Origin: Isurus oxyrinchus
Lineage: Eukaryota
Assembly: GCA_026770705.1 (NCBI GenBank)
Contig: JANJGN010000131.1
Location: 372,001 to 436,000, forward strand
Direction of reading: 5' to 3'
Length of the DNA stretch: 64,000 nucleotides
The notes beneath the pieces are model-generated. The model did no database searches, had not been told where the DNA came from, and saw only the letters and a list, made by a program, of their open reading frames with translations. Shown here piece after piece: positions 1 to 11,659 of the stretch. The position numbers and the translations under genes were made by a program. Each line of letters opens with the position of its first letter. Position 1 is the stretch's first letter.

Positions 1-150
1 GATTCCCATTGACTCCAGGTTTGCTAGGGGCCCTTGATGCCACACTCTGCCAAATGTTGCCTTGATGTCAAGGGCAGCCGCTCTCACCTCCCCCCGGGAG
101 TTCAGCTCTTTTTTCCATGTTTGAAACAAAGCTGTAATGAGGTTAGGATA
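1..150 (-). mobile_element. LINE reverse transcriptase fragment (decayed)
   Basis: Reverse strand reads approximately EVRAAALDIKATFGRVWHQGAL, resembling the non-LTR RT 'LDI.AFD.VWH.GL' motif. Confidence 0.55.
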
Positions 151-164
151 CAGCAATATAGCAA

Positions 165-700
165 GTGAATAGGATAATAAATGGCATTCTTCCCTCTATT
201 CGAGTAAGGAACTTCTGATAGAATTATGCATGTGATTGGTGAGAAAACATATCGATTAATGTATACAGTTTTGGCCTTCTTGCCTAAGGAAAAATATACT
301 TAAGTAATCAATCAGTCAATCAAATTTGACATGCATCTTCTTAAATTTAGAGGATGTGTGATTATCTCATCGAGTCATAGAAAATAATTTAGTGTCCTCA
401 TAGCATGGATGCTGAGAGAATGTTTCCCTTAGGTGGGGAGTCGAGAACTCGATCCCTGAGATAAAATGTTGGCCATTTGGAATTGAGATGAAGAGAATCT
501 TCTTCACTCAGAAAGTGGAGAAACGTCCGAATTATCAACTCTAGAGGGATGTTGGTCGGTAGATTTTTGTGCTCTAAGGCCATTAAGATAAATGTTGATA
601 GTTTTGGATGGTAGAAGTCGAAGAACGGTCATGGGCTTAGCGAACATTAGAGTTGACCAAAGGGAAATATGGCTTGCTCTTGCTCCTAGTTCTTGCATTC
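165..700 (+). mobile_element. CR1-like LINE 3' end, decayed
   Basis: Contains 'gatgctgagagaatgtttcccttagg...gagtcgagaac' and 'gagatgaagagaatcttcttcactcag'; alignable to the CR1 3' ends at about 3900-4270 and 12480-12800. Confidence 0.6.
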
Positions 701-1449
701 TTATGTAACAACTTCATTTCCCAACCATTGGCCCATTTAATTCCTGTCCCAAAACACAGACATTAGATCCATTGGTAAATTCTCTCCTGCTTGCCAGCCT
801 GAATTTTGGGTGCTGCCACTCTCTGCTGTTCCTTCGTGTTGGCCAGAATCCAGCTCTGATTCAATCTCTAATCTATTTTCTTCAGTCTAGCGATCCATTT
901 ACCTCCCTGTTCTTTATTTATTTTCGAGAGTCTATTTGTTACTGGGATACAGTCTGAGCGTTCATTGTGCCTTTTGGCAAAGGCAATAATTATCAGGAAG
1001 GCACATTTGGACATCCTGATTTGAAATACAATTTCTGAATTTAAATCTGTATTTACTTCTTTACACAACCTTAATGTTCCACTCAAATGTCTTCTCAAAA
1101 ATAAATGAACCATTTTCCTTCAGTACAAATCATAGCCCAACATATCGTTGTGATGCAGTTTGCAGCATTTTCATGGGATATTGAGCAGGACTAGTAATGG
1201 GGTGAGTGATTTTCACTCCGAATTCCATGAATAATTTAGGGAAGTGGCGATGGGACCTGCTGCAGGATTTGTTTTCCTGCTACAACAGGATGGTGTTTAA
1301 CTCGAAACACTCCCTCCAGCATAAAGCTCAAACACTGGTAAAGTAATTAGATTCTGACCTTGGATAACTCTGTTCAAATGTCACTCCATCAGTCTGTAAC
1401 AGTTGCTCTAAGTTAAACAATAGCTATCCTGCCTTTCTCTTCCTTACAG

Positions 1450-2351
1450 TGAACATACTGACTATTGTGACCCTGTCTCGGGGAAAGTGCGGTCTCTCAA
1501 AATGTGTTTCCCTTTACCTGGTGTCCATGGCAACCGCGGATCTACTGGTCGTTATCCTTGATCTCATATTCAGGCAAATTGCTATTCTTTACTGGGCTCA
1601 GTTTCAGTTCATGTGGAGGTTTAAAGTGTGTAATATCCATGCAGTCCTGCTTTATTCAGCCACAGATTGTTCTGTCTGGTTCACAGTCTCTTTCACCTTT
1701 GATAGATTTCTGGCTATTTGTTCCCAGAAGTTGAAAACAAAATATTGCACCCAGCATACGGCGGCTGTGGTTCTCGGAACAGTCAGTCTGCTATTCTGTG
1801 TGAAGGATACATTCTGGTACTTTATGTATGTAGGTCAATATTCGCTTTCCAATGCTCCTTGGTTTTGCACATTAGTGACGGATGCTGAATTCTCATCAAT
1901 GTGGGCAGCAATCGAATGTCTTCATTATATTTTAACACCATTTGCGCCATTTGTTTTGATTTTGATGTTGAACGCTTTAACTGTCAGATATATTTTAGTG
2001 TTGAGCAGAGCCCGCAGGAGACTCCGGGCTCACTGCAGTGGGGAGAGACCCAGGGACCCACAGATGCAGAAACGCAGGAAATCCATCATTTTACTGTTTG
2101 CTTTATCTGGGAATTTTATCCTGTTGTGGGTAGTTTTTATGATAAATTCTGTTTGTAATAGGTTATATGTGTTAGATGCTATTCCTGCATACCTTCCTAG
2201 GTTTGTGCAGGAACTGGGATTTATATTTTAGCTCCTGAGTTGTTGCACTAACACGGCCATTTACGCAGTGACCCAGACTCAGTTCAGAAATGAGCTGAAG
2301 AATGTGGTGAAATATCCCTTTTCTGTAATTTTTAAATTTATTAAACAGTGA
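1450..2351 (+). pseudogene. GPR139/GPR142-like class A GPCR, exon 2, premature TAG in TM7 (locus 1; exon 1 not found in window)
   Basis: Polypyrimidine tract plus AG acceptor at 1448-1449 (phase 1). Motifs: LYLVSMATADLL (TM2), SVWFTVSFTFDRFLAIC (TM3), LTPFAPFVLILMLN (TM5), RRKSIILLFALSG (TM6). TAG at 2229-2231 stands where the intact paralog has CAG. The frame continues LLSCCTNTAIYAVTQTQFRNELKNVVKYPF to TGA 2349-2351. Confidence 0.9.
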
Positions 2352-3239
2352 CAAGAATATCCATTATCAATACGAGTTGACCCTGTTTTATTCCCAATCT
2401 CTTCACCTCGGTGATGAGCACAGGGTGAGGCCAGTTTTCATCTTTCACCGCCAGGATTCAATGACTAACAGAAACGGTGCATTTGGGAAGTAATTTACCT
2501 CAGTCCTGTTTGTCCTGCTGGTTTCCAGGCTATTCCAACTCTCTTGTTGTCCTTGGGCCTGGTGTGTGAAATTCCCACCCACCAGGCTCGAGTTCCATGT
2601 CATTACCCAAAGGGGCTTTGGAGGATAAGACCATTTGTGCAGGTTACAGTCCAGGGGCGGACATGCTGCAGTGTCTCCACTATCCCAGGGAAATCTTGTT
2701 CAAAACATTTCGGACCAACCTGCAGATGGGAGGGTGGGTTTTAGAGGTTCGAAAGTCAGTGATTTCAGCTTTTCAAAATCTTTCTGTGATTTTATTCCAG
2801 TGTTTTTAGAGCTGAACAGTCACAGTATCTCAGAGCGGGAAGTCTCCTCGTTTCAAATAAAGATTTATTTCCACTGCACAAGTTATGTTCCAGTGAAATT
2901 CGTCAATTCAAATGTCCCCTGAATTCATCTGCAAAAAGTATGTTCAGGAGAGGAGAGAGAGGGGGGCCAATGTGTTCGGAACTGAAATAAAAAACAGCAA
3001 TGCTGGGAATAATCAGCAGCCCTCGCTACCTTTGTGTAGCGAGAAACAGACTAATGCTTCAAGGGCTTCCATCAGTGTTGTGACACTCTTACGTGATCCA
3101 AAGGACTCCTGCTACTGCAGCAGTAACTGAAGCATGTCATTTCAAAGTGTGAGGTGTGGGGTGAGGGGCGCCGGCGACCTAAGTATGTGTTTTTTATTGT
3201 GGCGGTGGGGGTGGTGGGGGTGATGGAGTATAGAGTGAA

Positions 3240-4280
3240 ATATCAAACTTTGTCAGCATCTGGCCAGTGGGGAATTGGAAGGCTCACTACTTGAGAGCCA
3301 GCTGTTCACAACACATGAATGATTTGGATATGATCGCCAAATGTAATATTTCCAAGTTGGAGGATGACACAAAGCTTGGTGGGAACGTGTATTGTGAGGA
3401 AGGTGAAAAACGTTTTCAAGGCGATTTGGACAGACTTGGTGAGGGGGACAGAACAGGAAAGATGAAATTTAACGTGGAAGAATGCGAGGTTAACCAGCTT
3501 GGTAGGATCAACAGATGTGCAGATTATTTCATAAAACGTGAGAGCCTGGAAAATGTAGCTGTACAAGGGGGCCTGTGTACCCTCATCAATAAGTCTCTGA
3601 AACCTGGCATACATATGAAGCATTTAGGAAGGCGAAAAGAATGTTAGCTTCTCTCACAAGTGGATTTGAATACAGCCATAGTGAAGTCTCATTTCCTTTG
3701 TATATAATCTTGGTTAGGCCACCCCTGGGGTACAATGTGCATGTGTGGCCCCCTTACATTCGGAAGGGAGTCATTGTTATTGAGGGAGTGAATCGAAGGC
3801 TCACCAGATTTGCATCAGGGATGGCGTGACTGTCCTGTGAAGAAGGATTGGGGACACTGGACCTGTATTCTCCAGAGTTTCCAAACATGAGCAAAAAGAT
3901 CTCATTATAACAAACAAAACACCTGAATGGAAGAAAGTGTAAATGAAGGTCAGATGTTTCCCCTGGTCGGGGAATCTAGAAACAGGGGACACAATTTCAA
4001 AATAAGGGTAAAGCCACTAGGACTGACATGAGGAGAATTGTTTTTTACTCAGTGGTTTGCGAATGTTTGTATTTCTGCATCCCGGAGAGCTGTCGAAGCA
4101 CAATCATTGAGTATGTTTAAAGCAGAGAATGGCAGATTTCTAAATACCAAAGATATAAACGGTATGAGGATAGTGTGGGTGAAAGATGTTGAAGGAGATG
4201 ATCATCCATGATCGCAATGAAAGGTGGGACAGGTTCGATGGGTTGAATGGCATTCTCCTGTTCCTCTGTTCCGATGCGAT
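3240..4280 (+). mobile_element. CR1-like LINE ORF2 3' part, decayed
   Basis: ISKLEDDTKLGG, FQGDLDRLGE, MKFNVEECEV and LVRPPLGYNVHVWPPY match CR1 RT C-terminal motifs; frameshifts and stops are present. Confidence 0.9.
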
Positions 4281-4299
4281 AGGTTTGGATTTTTATTGC

Positions 4300-4660
4300 A
4301 TTCTTCATTTGAATGGAGCATTGCAGACAAAGCCAGTGTTTATTTCCATCCCTCATTTCCCTGGGGAAGGTGTTGGTGGGGACGTTCTTGAAGAGAAGTT
4401 GTCCATCTGGTTTGGCTTGTCTGCAGCGGTTTGATATAACTCACGGTGTCCAGACTATTTCAGGGCCAGCCACATTGCTGTGAGTCTGGAATCTCGTGGA
4501 GCAGCCAGAATGTGGGGAATTCCTGGAGATTACCAGAGATTTCATATTTAGACCAAAATCATCTCCATTCCTGAAAGGGTTTCAATTCCTGATTTTTTGA
4601 CGGAAATTCAGCCAGTTGCTGTAACAGGGTTTGAACATCTGTGCTAGAGCGGGAGCCTGC
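4300..4660 (-). mobile_element. tRNA-derived SINE-like element, decayed
   Basis: Similar in reverse complement to the SINE copies at 14118-14480 and 41040-41370 (for example 'ccacattgctgtgagtctggaatc' and the 'gggtttgaac' B-box-like end). Confidence 0.5.
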
Positions 4661-5072
4661 CTTTTTAGCTCATCCACATCGTGACATTACCAATACACCA
4701 GGATCTCCCTTTGGGTGTGGAGGGGGCGGGGGCATAGCAGAGAATGCCTGGGATGATATTTACAGCGCTGGACGAACAACAGAAGAAAGTATGGATCCGC
4801 CAAAACACTAATTGTCTGTTCTCACTGGGGAACGGTTGTTCAGCTGCTCCAGGAGCTAGAAGTGTGTCGCTCACACATCCATTCTGCTGAAACAATAAGG
4901 ACACCCTGGTCTCGTTGCACATTCCCTTCTCTCAATTTATAGCCATTCAGATAATAATCTGCCTTACTGTTTTATCCCCATTATATTGCATCAATAAGCC
5001 ACTCCAAAATCTCATGTGCAATGACAGCGATTAAAAAAAATGCAGCCATGAGAGGAGGGAAGTCCTGAACAG

Positions 5073-5320
5073 TAAAAGCTAAATATTGCGGTTTCTGGAA
5101 ATCTAAAACTAAAAGAGAAACTGCTGCAAAACCTCAGCATGTCCAACATCACCTGTGGAGATAAAGACAGGATTAACGTTTTGAGTCTTTATGACTTTTG
5201 TTCAGATAAGAAGACTCTGAAGTAGAATCATGCGGGCTCGAAACGTTAGCCCTGTGGTTTTCTTCACAGATGCTTTATGAACTGTTGAGATTTTCCAACT
5301 TTTTCTGTTGTTGATTCAGA
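5073..5320. mobile_element. Palindromic Penelope-derived mini-element with two inverted decayed hammerhead-like motifs
   Basis: Left arm 'ctcagcatgtccaacatcacctgtggag...gattaacgttttgagtctttatgacttttgttcag' is the reverse complement of right arm 'ctgaagtagaatcatgcgggctcgaaacgttagc...cagatgct...ctgttgagattttcca'. Confidence 0.7.
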
Positions 5321-5650
5321 TGTCCTGATGGGCTTTGCGGTAGAGGAAGGGAGAGAGATTGGGAGAGAGACAGGGTTTAAGCAAAAACTCCACTCATTCA
5401 TAAATATCATTCCGAGTCTTGAAGATGTGTAGGTAAGTTTTCTCTGCCTAACCCTTCCTTTATTCAACAACATGGAACCTCGCGCCTGAACTCTGAGGAA
5501 TTGGAGAAAAGTGGCGCAGTTTCAGATGGATGATATTGGAAGATAGCAGGATATGAAGAGAAACTTCTGCTGTTATTCCCGTGATCGGGAGGCTCTGAAG
5601 TATCGTCTGACGAAACGATGAAGCAGGTAGAACGAAATCCCTGGGGTGAT

Positions 5651-5857
5651 AAATGCAAAATACTGCGGATGCTGGAAATCTGAAACAAAAATAAAATTGC
5701 TGGAAAAACTCAGCAGGCCTGACAGCATCTGAGGAGAGAGCAACAGAGTTGACCTTTCGAGTTCAGCTGAAGAAGGGTCATAACGACTCGAGAATCTGTT
5801 TCTGCCTCTGCAGATTCTATCAGACCTGCTGATATTTCCAGCGTTTTCTGTTTTCAC
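5651..5857. mobile_element. Palindromic Penelope-derived mini-element flanked by a 12-bp direct repeat
   Basis: Arms 'gctggaaaaactcagcaggcctgacagcatctg' and 'cagattctatcagacctgctgatatttccagc'; centre 'ctgaagaagggtcataacgactcgaga'; CCCTGGGGTGAT at 5639-5650 and 5858-5869. Confidence 0.75.
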
Positions 5858-8800
5858 CCCTGGGGTGATGTCCAGCGAGTTCAGGGAGATGGTATCAGTA
5901 GGAATGAGCTGATCAGGAATACAGTTCATTATCAAAGCAGAAGGGAGAATGACAGCGCTAATGGATTTAACAGAAAAGGTGGAAGTGGAGAGTCGGCCTG
6001 TGTTTACTGGAATAAGGGCCATGTATATGCTGAACGGAAAGGGGTGTGGCAGGGCGAGGTGCAGGCTGCGTCTGTTTGTGTATTTAAGAGAAAATGGAAA
6101 GGCAGTGTCTCAGTATCCGATCGGCCCCAGGATCTGTGAACAAGCCCCATGTTTATGGTTACTTGCAGCATAAAGTTGGACCCCATCTTTGAGTATTTTG
6201 ACGGTTTTGAACCCCCACCCCCCCCCCACCCCGCACCCCCCCCCCCACCCCCGTATGTCCAATAGACCTAATGCTCTGTAATAATTTGCAGGATTTGTAC
6301 TTAATAATACAGCAGTGCCAGACACGCCCCAGCCCCTGGAAACATCCCTTGGTTTGTGCTCCGTATTCTGCCTGTGTTATATATCTAGCCTGTGGCATCC
6401 CCACTTCAAAATGTTTAATCGGACATTGCAGAGGGATCTTGAACAATTTTCTGACCCTGATTGCACCAACGGTGGGAGTGTTTGATGGGGTATTTTAAAG
6501 GATGTTTTCTGCTCCAATTTCCTGTCCTATATCAGCCTCCGATGAAGCCGAACCCTACAGTTTAGAATTGCCAGACATGTGTCTGTGAGCGCCCAGAGTG
6601 AAATCACCGAGGTGACCCTCCCTGTTCAATCATTCCACCTCGGGCAATAGCCAGAACCAGGCAGAGGTAAAGGTCTCCTTACACGGATGGGGCGATGGGT
6701 GTAAACAGAACCCCGACAGGAATGGTAAAACAGGGAGAAATGTGTAACCGGGAAAATGCAGCGGTGTCGATGGGCCTTGGGGAAAGGAATTCAGCAAAGT
6801 CACAGTTAGTTCACTTTTCATTCCAGATTTATTAGTAATATCAGAGAATATTTCACAGGAAATTTTATTTTAAAGTTAACAGAAGTGAATATAATGCCTG
6901 AGGTCACGTTGGGAACAGAACACATGCGCTCTGATTTGGTAAATTGTATGTACCACTGGAACATAGATCAGAAAGAGAAAACTGAGGCTCAAAGGAAAGG
7001 GAAGGGGGTAATAACGAATAACGAATGAAAACGTTACTTAATTACAATTCAAATCCTAACTCCAGGGAAATTAGATGCTACAATTACATTACAACCATTT
7101 TCATCTCACACCTTTCATACATGAAATCGGAAATACTGCTACAGGTTCGGTTACAGATTCGGGATCACAAAGTGAAGACATTTCACCTTTAGAATCACCA
7201 AGAGAACAGATTTTATATTGGAATAGAGAGACCTGAAAAAACAGCTGAGGAAAAGCTACGAGGTCCAAATTCAACCGATCACTTGATCTGTAAAAGAAGG
7301 AGACAATAATGAAGCAGATATTTATGATCAGGTGCATTTATGTTATTACTTTTAATTGTTGAAATGTTTAGAAAATTTTCAGACCGCTTCTGCCAGATTG
7401 TAGCATGAGTGGATTGAATCTTCTCACCTTTACCAGAGTGACGGCAATGCTGTCGAAAATGCTCAGGAAGCACAGGACGATGAATGTTAGAGATTTTGTC
7501 CAGATGTTCCCGTTATCGTCCTCATAGCCTTCAATCCAGATGTGGTCTGTGGAATCTACACTGATATTACCGAGGGGTTGGCCAATGGGAACCTCAATTA
7601 ATCTCAGCAAAAAAAAAAATAACGACAAGAAATCATATAATACATTAAAAATTATGTGATGTCGGAATGAAGCTGGAATTTATCCATGTGAAAGTACCTG
7701 TTATTATATAGAAACAGATAACACTCACGAGGAGAAAGATGGAAAGCCAAGGTGTCACGTCGACGCCATTTCATCGGAACATTCACGTCTTCAGCATCCA
7801 GTGCCTTTTGTTATGTTTATGCCATTGCTTTTTTGACTTGTGCACGTTTGCCTACCATTTTATAGCCGTTTATTTAATTGAGGATAAAATTATTAATATT
7901 TTATTTCAGTTTTGCGGTAGCTAAATGGATAACAAAGTTTAGCATTGCACTGCACGGATGGAGGCCAGTACATGCATTATTCCTGTTCCTGAAAGTGCTA
8001 TTCCATTTGTCCGGTTCCAATGCTCTTTCTCATAGTAATTTATTTTCCTTTCTAAATAGTGATTCGTTTTTGGAAGAAATATTATCCAGTCTGCTTCTAC
8101 CACGTGTTCAGCTTGTGCATACACAGGTCACCATGAATAACTTATTTAAAAAGTCCAGATATCCCCAGTGGTTTTTTAACCGCTCCCACCAAAATAAAAC
8201 AAACAGAAAAGAAAAGCCGAGCGCAGGAATTGAATATAGTTATTACTACGGGTGCCAAGTAGGAGCGATAACCCATGGGGATAGCAACTTTAGCCACCAT
8301 TTACCACAATGGACTTGAATGAGCTGATCTCAGTGTTGGGAAGTATAGTATAAAACATTTGCGTACCACGCTAATTTAGGAAGGGCTGAGGTTTTGCTTA
8401 TGCTAAGGATAAATGTGACCAAATGCAAGAATATCAAAAACTCGTGAGGATAAATGGCAAAGTAATTTGATTCTGAACAAGATTGAAGTGGTGTAATTTG
8501 GTAGGAAGATTAAGCCGAGGAAATCTACTGGTTGGAAATTATTATCTTAAATGAGATTAAGACTCGGGGTCATCCAGAATGGTCGTGCTTCAAAAATCAA
8601 GGAATTCCCATTGAGATAAATGCCGCAACATTTGCAGATGATTGGGAAATTTCACCTGATTAAATGTTCCAAGATAAATTTTTCACGAATATGTCCACTG
8701 AATAGTCCACGCATGTTGACTGAAAGTCCAATCAGCACGTCCATAAAACTCCCCTAACACTTTTCAGTTTCGTTGATAGCTCATCGACCTGAAACAGTTA

Positions 8801-9959
8801 ACTGTTTTTTTGTTCTCAATCCCGAGATGTTATACAGCCGAGGAAATGTGTCCAGCATTTCCTCGTGCATATAGAAACACTCTCCGAAGAGAGCACAATA
8901 AATTGATACTGTATTTTTTTCATGTTATTGGTGTGGAATATTGAGACAGACAAATTTTCAATCATCAGTAATTGCGACCCAGAAATATATTCTTTCACTG
9001 TTAGTAGAGAAGTGGGAATAGGCGAATTTCGTGCAGATATTTAAAACATCTCCATGGATTAAAAAAATGACTTTTTTTTATAGAGCGTGTCAGAGAATCG
9101 TTGTGACTCAGGTCACATTGCGATCAACATGGTTGATGAACAGCTGTCCAAAATTCAATTCTGATTCGTCGACCTAAGTGGCCACTTAAATTTAATCGAG
9201 CTTCCTTATGCAAATACGTAAGCAACCTGCAGGGTGCCGCACACAAATCAAAGAGAAAGCCCTGACTATTAAAGAGTGGTTGGTGCTCCAGAAAAGCAGA
9301 TGCAAATTTGATCCAGGAAAGTACAAAGTAATGAGTTTGATGTTCAGAGTGTGTAATGCTGTGCAACCGTTGCTGCAAATAAAGCCATGGAACAGAAGGA
9401 TGTAAAGTTATCTCAATATATAGTCGATATATGTTCATGAAAGGGAGTCTGTATCATTAAACTTCACTAGGTAGGGTCCATTTAATAGATGTGATACCCT
9501 TGGCTTTTTTAGTCCTTGTACGTAGTTCATCAAGGAATCAGTTGCTGGAATCAGTGGATATATTTTTCAAGGGGTTACTAGCATGTTGATGCATAGTGCC
9601 TATAAGGCATGGATACAGAGATGAATTGGCCTGAGGGGCTGTTAAAGTGGATATCCTACAGTCTCCTTATTTGAACCTTTTTTTAATGCCGTTAATAATT
9701 ACCCGAAGCTCGATGACACAACAACAATGGCCGAATTTGTGGAGGAAACAAAGCTGTTGAAGATGGTCGACTGCAAAACCTGAAGAAGATAAGCTGTAGG
9801 AAGATGTTTGGAATTGGAGAGACAGACATTATTTGCACTTCAACAGAGAGAGATGGTAAAAAAAAATGCCACATGTCGACCAGAAATACAGTGAGCCTTT
9901 CTTCGGTCACCAGGAACTGTGGGAAACGATTGTTAAGAATTCTGAACAACTCATTAATA

Positions 9960-10500
9960 GATTTATGCTATGATTGGGGAGGATCTTCATGGGTTATGAT
10001 AGTGACATCGTTTTTGCCCCCTTTTAGATACCAGTTGATGTCATAGACTTGGACTTCGAACTTAAATCCCTCAAGATTCCACACAAAGGTTAGTTCGTAA
10101 GATGATAACTCTTGGGTTTGAAGCGAATACATTAGCATGAGTAGAAGATCGGTCAATGTCGAGGAAGCAAATAATACGGTTTACTGGGCACTTTCAGGCT
10201 GGCAGGCTGTCACCAGTGGAGTGCCGCAACTTTCAATGATGGCCTCAGCTACAATTTGCATTAATCACTTCGGAAAAGACCTGGAAAATAATTGAGTTGC
10301 TGACGATTCAATGCTAGGTGCGGGTGCAAGCTGTGAGGTGAACACAAGGAGGCTGAAAGTTGATGTCGAAAGCTTAAGGGAGAGGGCAACAGATGGACTT
10401 CCTATCGGAGCACAAAGTGCACAAATGTGAAGTTGTGCACTTTGGCGGTAAGAAAGGGAGATATAATGTTTCTAAATGGCGTAAATCATCCAAATGTTGC
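9960..10500 (+). mobile_element. CR1-like LINE RT fragment, highly decayed
   Basis: 'caccagtggagtgccgcaac' (SGVPQ), 'gttgctgacgattcaatgctaggtg' (FADDTKLGG-like) and KCEVVHFGGK. Confidence 0.7.
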
Positions 10501-10519
10501 TGCTCAATGAACCTCGAAA

Positions 10520-11040
10520 CGGGCAAAGTACAGAACATATCCAACCGGCCGGGCCATGCTGGTAAAGCTCAAATTACAGTGTTCAACATTGGATGCGATT
10601 CCAGAACTCGAGAACATTTGTTAAAAAAAATGAATTGCACTAAGAATAACGCTGACAACCAATTTAGATTATCATTTGGGCTTGCAGAATGTTGCATTTG
10701 CATGTATTTGGACGCTGCATATTTTAATACACAGGGCCCTGTTCTTTGCAAGCAGAAAAGACATGCACACACATTGTGCCTGGTTCAGCTAAACACAATA
10801 AGTGACAGCCATTCGCTGACTCATTCCTCAAGGCAATGCATTGACTAATCAAGGCCAAGCTGCCTAGCTAAAATTTCAAACAAAGCTTGGGAGTTAACTT
10901 TCAGTCGCCATAATTGGTGCATTCTCCATGACAATTCCTCTGCTGGAGTCCACTTGCCAAGCAATCAGCACTCTCTTCACATGCAGTATAAATTGCTGTT
11001 TTCCTCTTACATCGGTATTCTTAAAAAGTGACCTTACGAG
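10520..11040 (+). mobile_element. Penelope-like element 3' fragment (GIY-YIG endonuclease C-terminus plus terminal repeat)
   Basis: CDSRTREHLLKKMNCTKNNADNQFR...LDAAYFNTQGPVLCKQK resembles the PLE GIY-YIG C-terminal 'SAIGQHL...F.I...LEA.YI...P.LC.QK'. The downstream sequence matches 18010-18390 in reverse. Confidence 0.65.
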
Positions 11041-11089
11041 TCAAAAAATGTTTCTAATTGGAAGAAGATTTCGCCAGGAGTTGGTGTCA

Positions 11090-11545
11090 GCACCCTTTTT
11101 CTGGATATATATAATGGCTTTGACTTGGGTGTACGTGACATAATTTCAAAGCTTACAGATGTGACAAAACTTGGAAATATTGCAAACCAATGTGACGAGG
11201 GTGCTGAACTTCCAAAAGCCATAAACAGATTTATAAAATGGGCATACAAGTTGGTTGATTAACTTTAACGTAGCTATCTGTCAAGTGGATCATCTTCGAA
11301 TGAAGAATAAGGATAAGAAAACTCGATTAAAGGATATGATGTTAATGGGATTGCAGGAGCAAAATACATGTCCCATATGTTTATAAATCGGCATACAGGA
11401 TGTTTGATTCTATAAGTAGCAACCTAGGATAAAAACACAAGAACGTTTTGGCTCAGCTGGAGCATTTGAGTCCAGTTCTGGGAAGAACATTTTGCAAGGA
11501 ATTTATAGCTTTCGAAATAATGACAGGGATGAGGAACATCTGTTA
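11090..11545 (+). mobile_element. CR1-like LINE RT fragment, decayed
   Basis: 'atttcaaagcttacagatgtgacaaaacttgga' (ISKFADDTKLG-like) and 'gctcagctggagcatttgagtccagttctgg'. Confidence 0.65.
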
Positions 11546-11549
11546 CAAG

Positions 11550-11655
11550 TTAAAAACAAAAACAGAATTACCTGGAAAAACTCAGCAGGTCTGGCAGCAT
11601 CGGCGGAGAAGAAAAGAGTTGACGTTTCGAGTCCTCATGACCCTTCGACAGAACT
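11550..11655 (-). mobile_element. Apparently young Penelope-derived terminal fragment with a minimal hammerhead motif
   Basis: CpG-rich. Minus strand 11655-11617 reads AGTT-CTGTCGA-AGGGTC-ATGAG-GACTC-GAAAC-GTC-AACT. Confidence 0.75.
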
Positions 11656-11659
11656 TGAG

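Larger units (their letters stand above)
5020..7580 (+). repeat. Copy A of an unidentified low-copy repeat (paralogous to 57640-60560 and 46550-47940)
   Basis: Continuous direct similarity to 57640-60190, for example 'gaattcagcaaagtcacagttagttcacttttcattcc', 'aaattcaaccgatcacttgatctgtaaaag' and 'tctgtggaatctaca'. Confidence 0.9.

Noticed and set aside
1250-1345. Possible exon 1 of locus 1 ending at a 'G|GTAAAGTA' donor identical to those of loci 3 and 4
   Set aside because: The required phase-1 frame has TAA at 1322-1324 and no YYP..AA.G.P peptide; the real exon 1 is probably upstream of the window.
6625-6640. TGA shared by all three repeat copies in a minus-strand frame, suggesting selenocysteine or a variant code
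   Set aside because: Shared TAG and TAA stops occur in the same frames, no SECIS was recognised, and CGA-to-TGA decay or a wrong strand choice explains it more simply.
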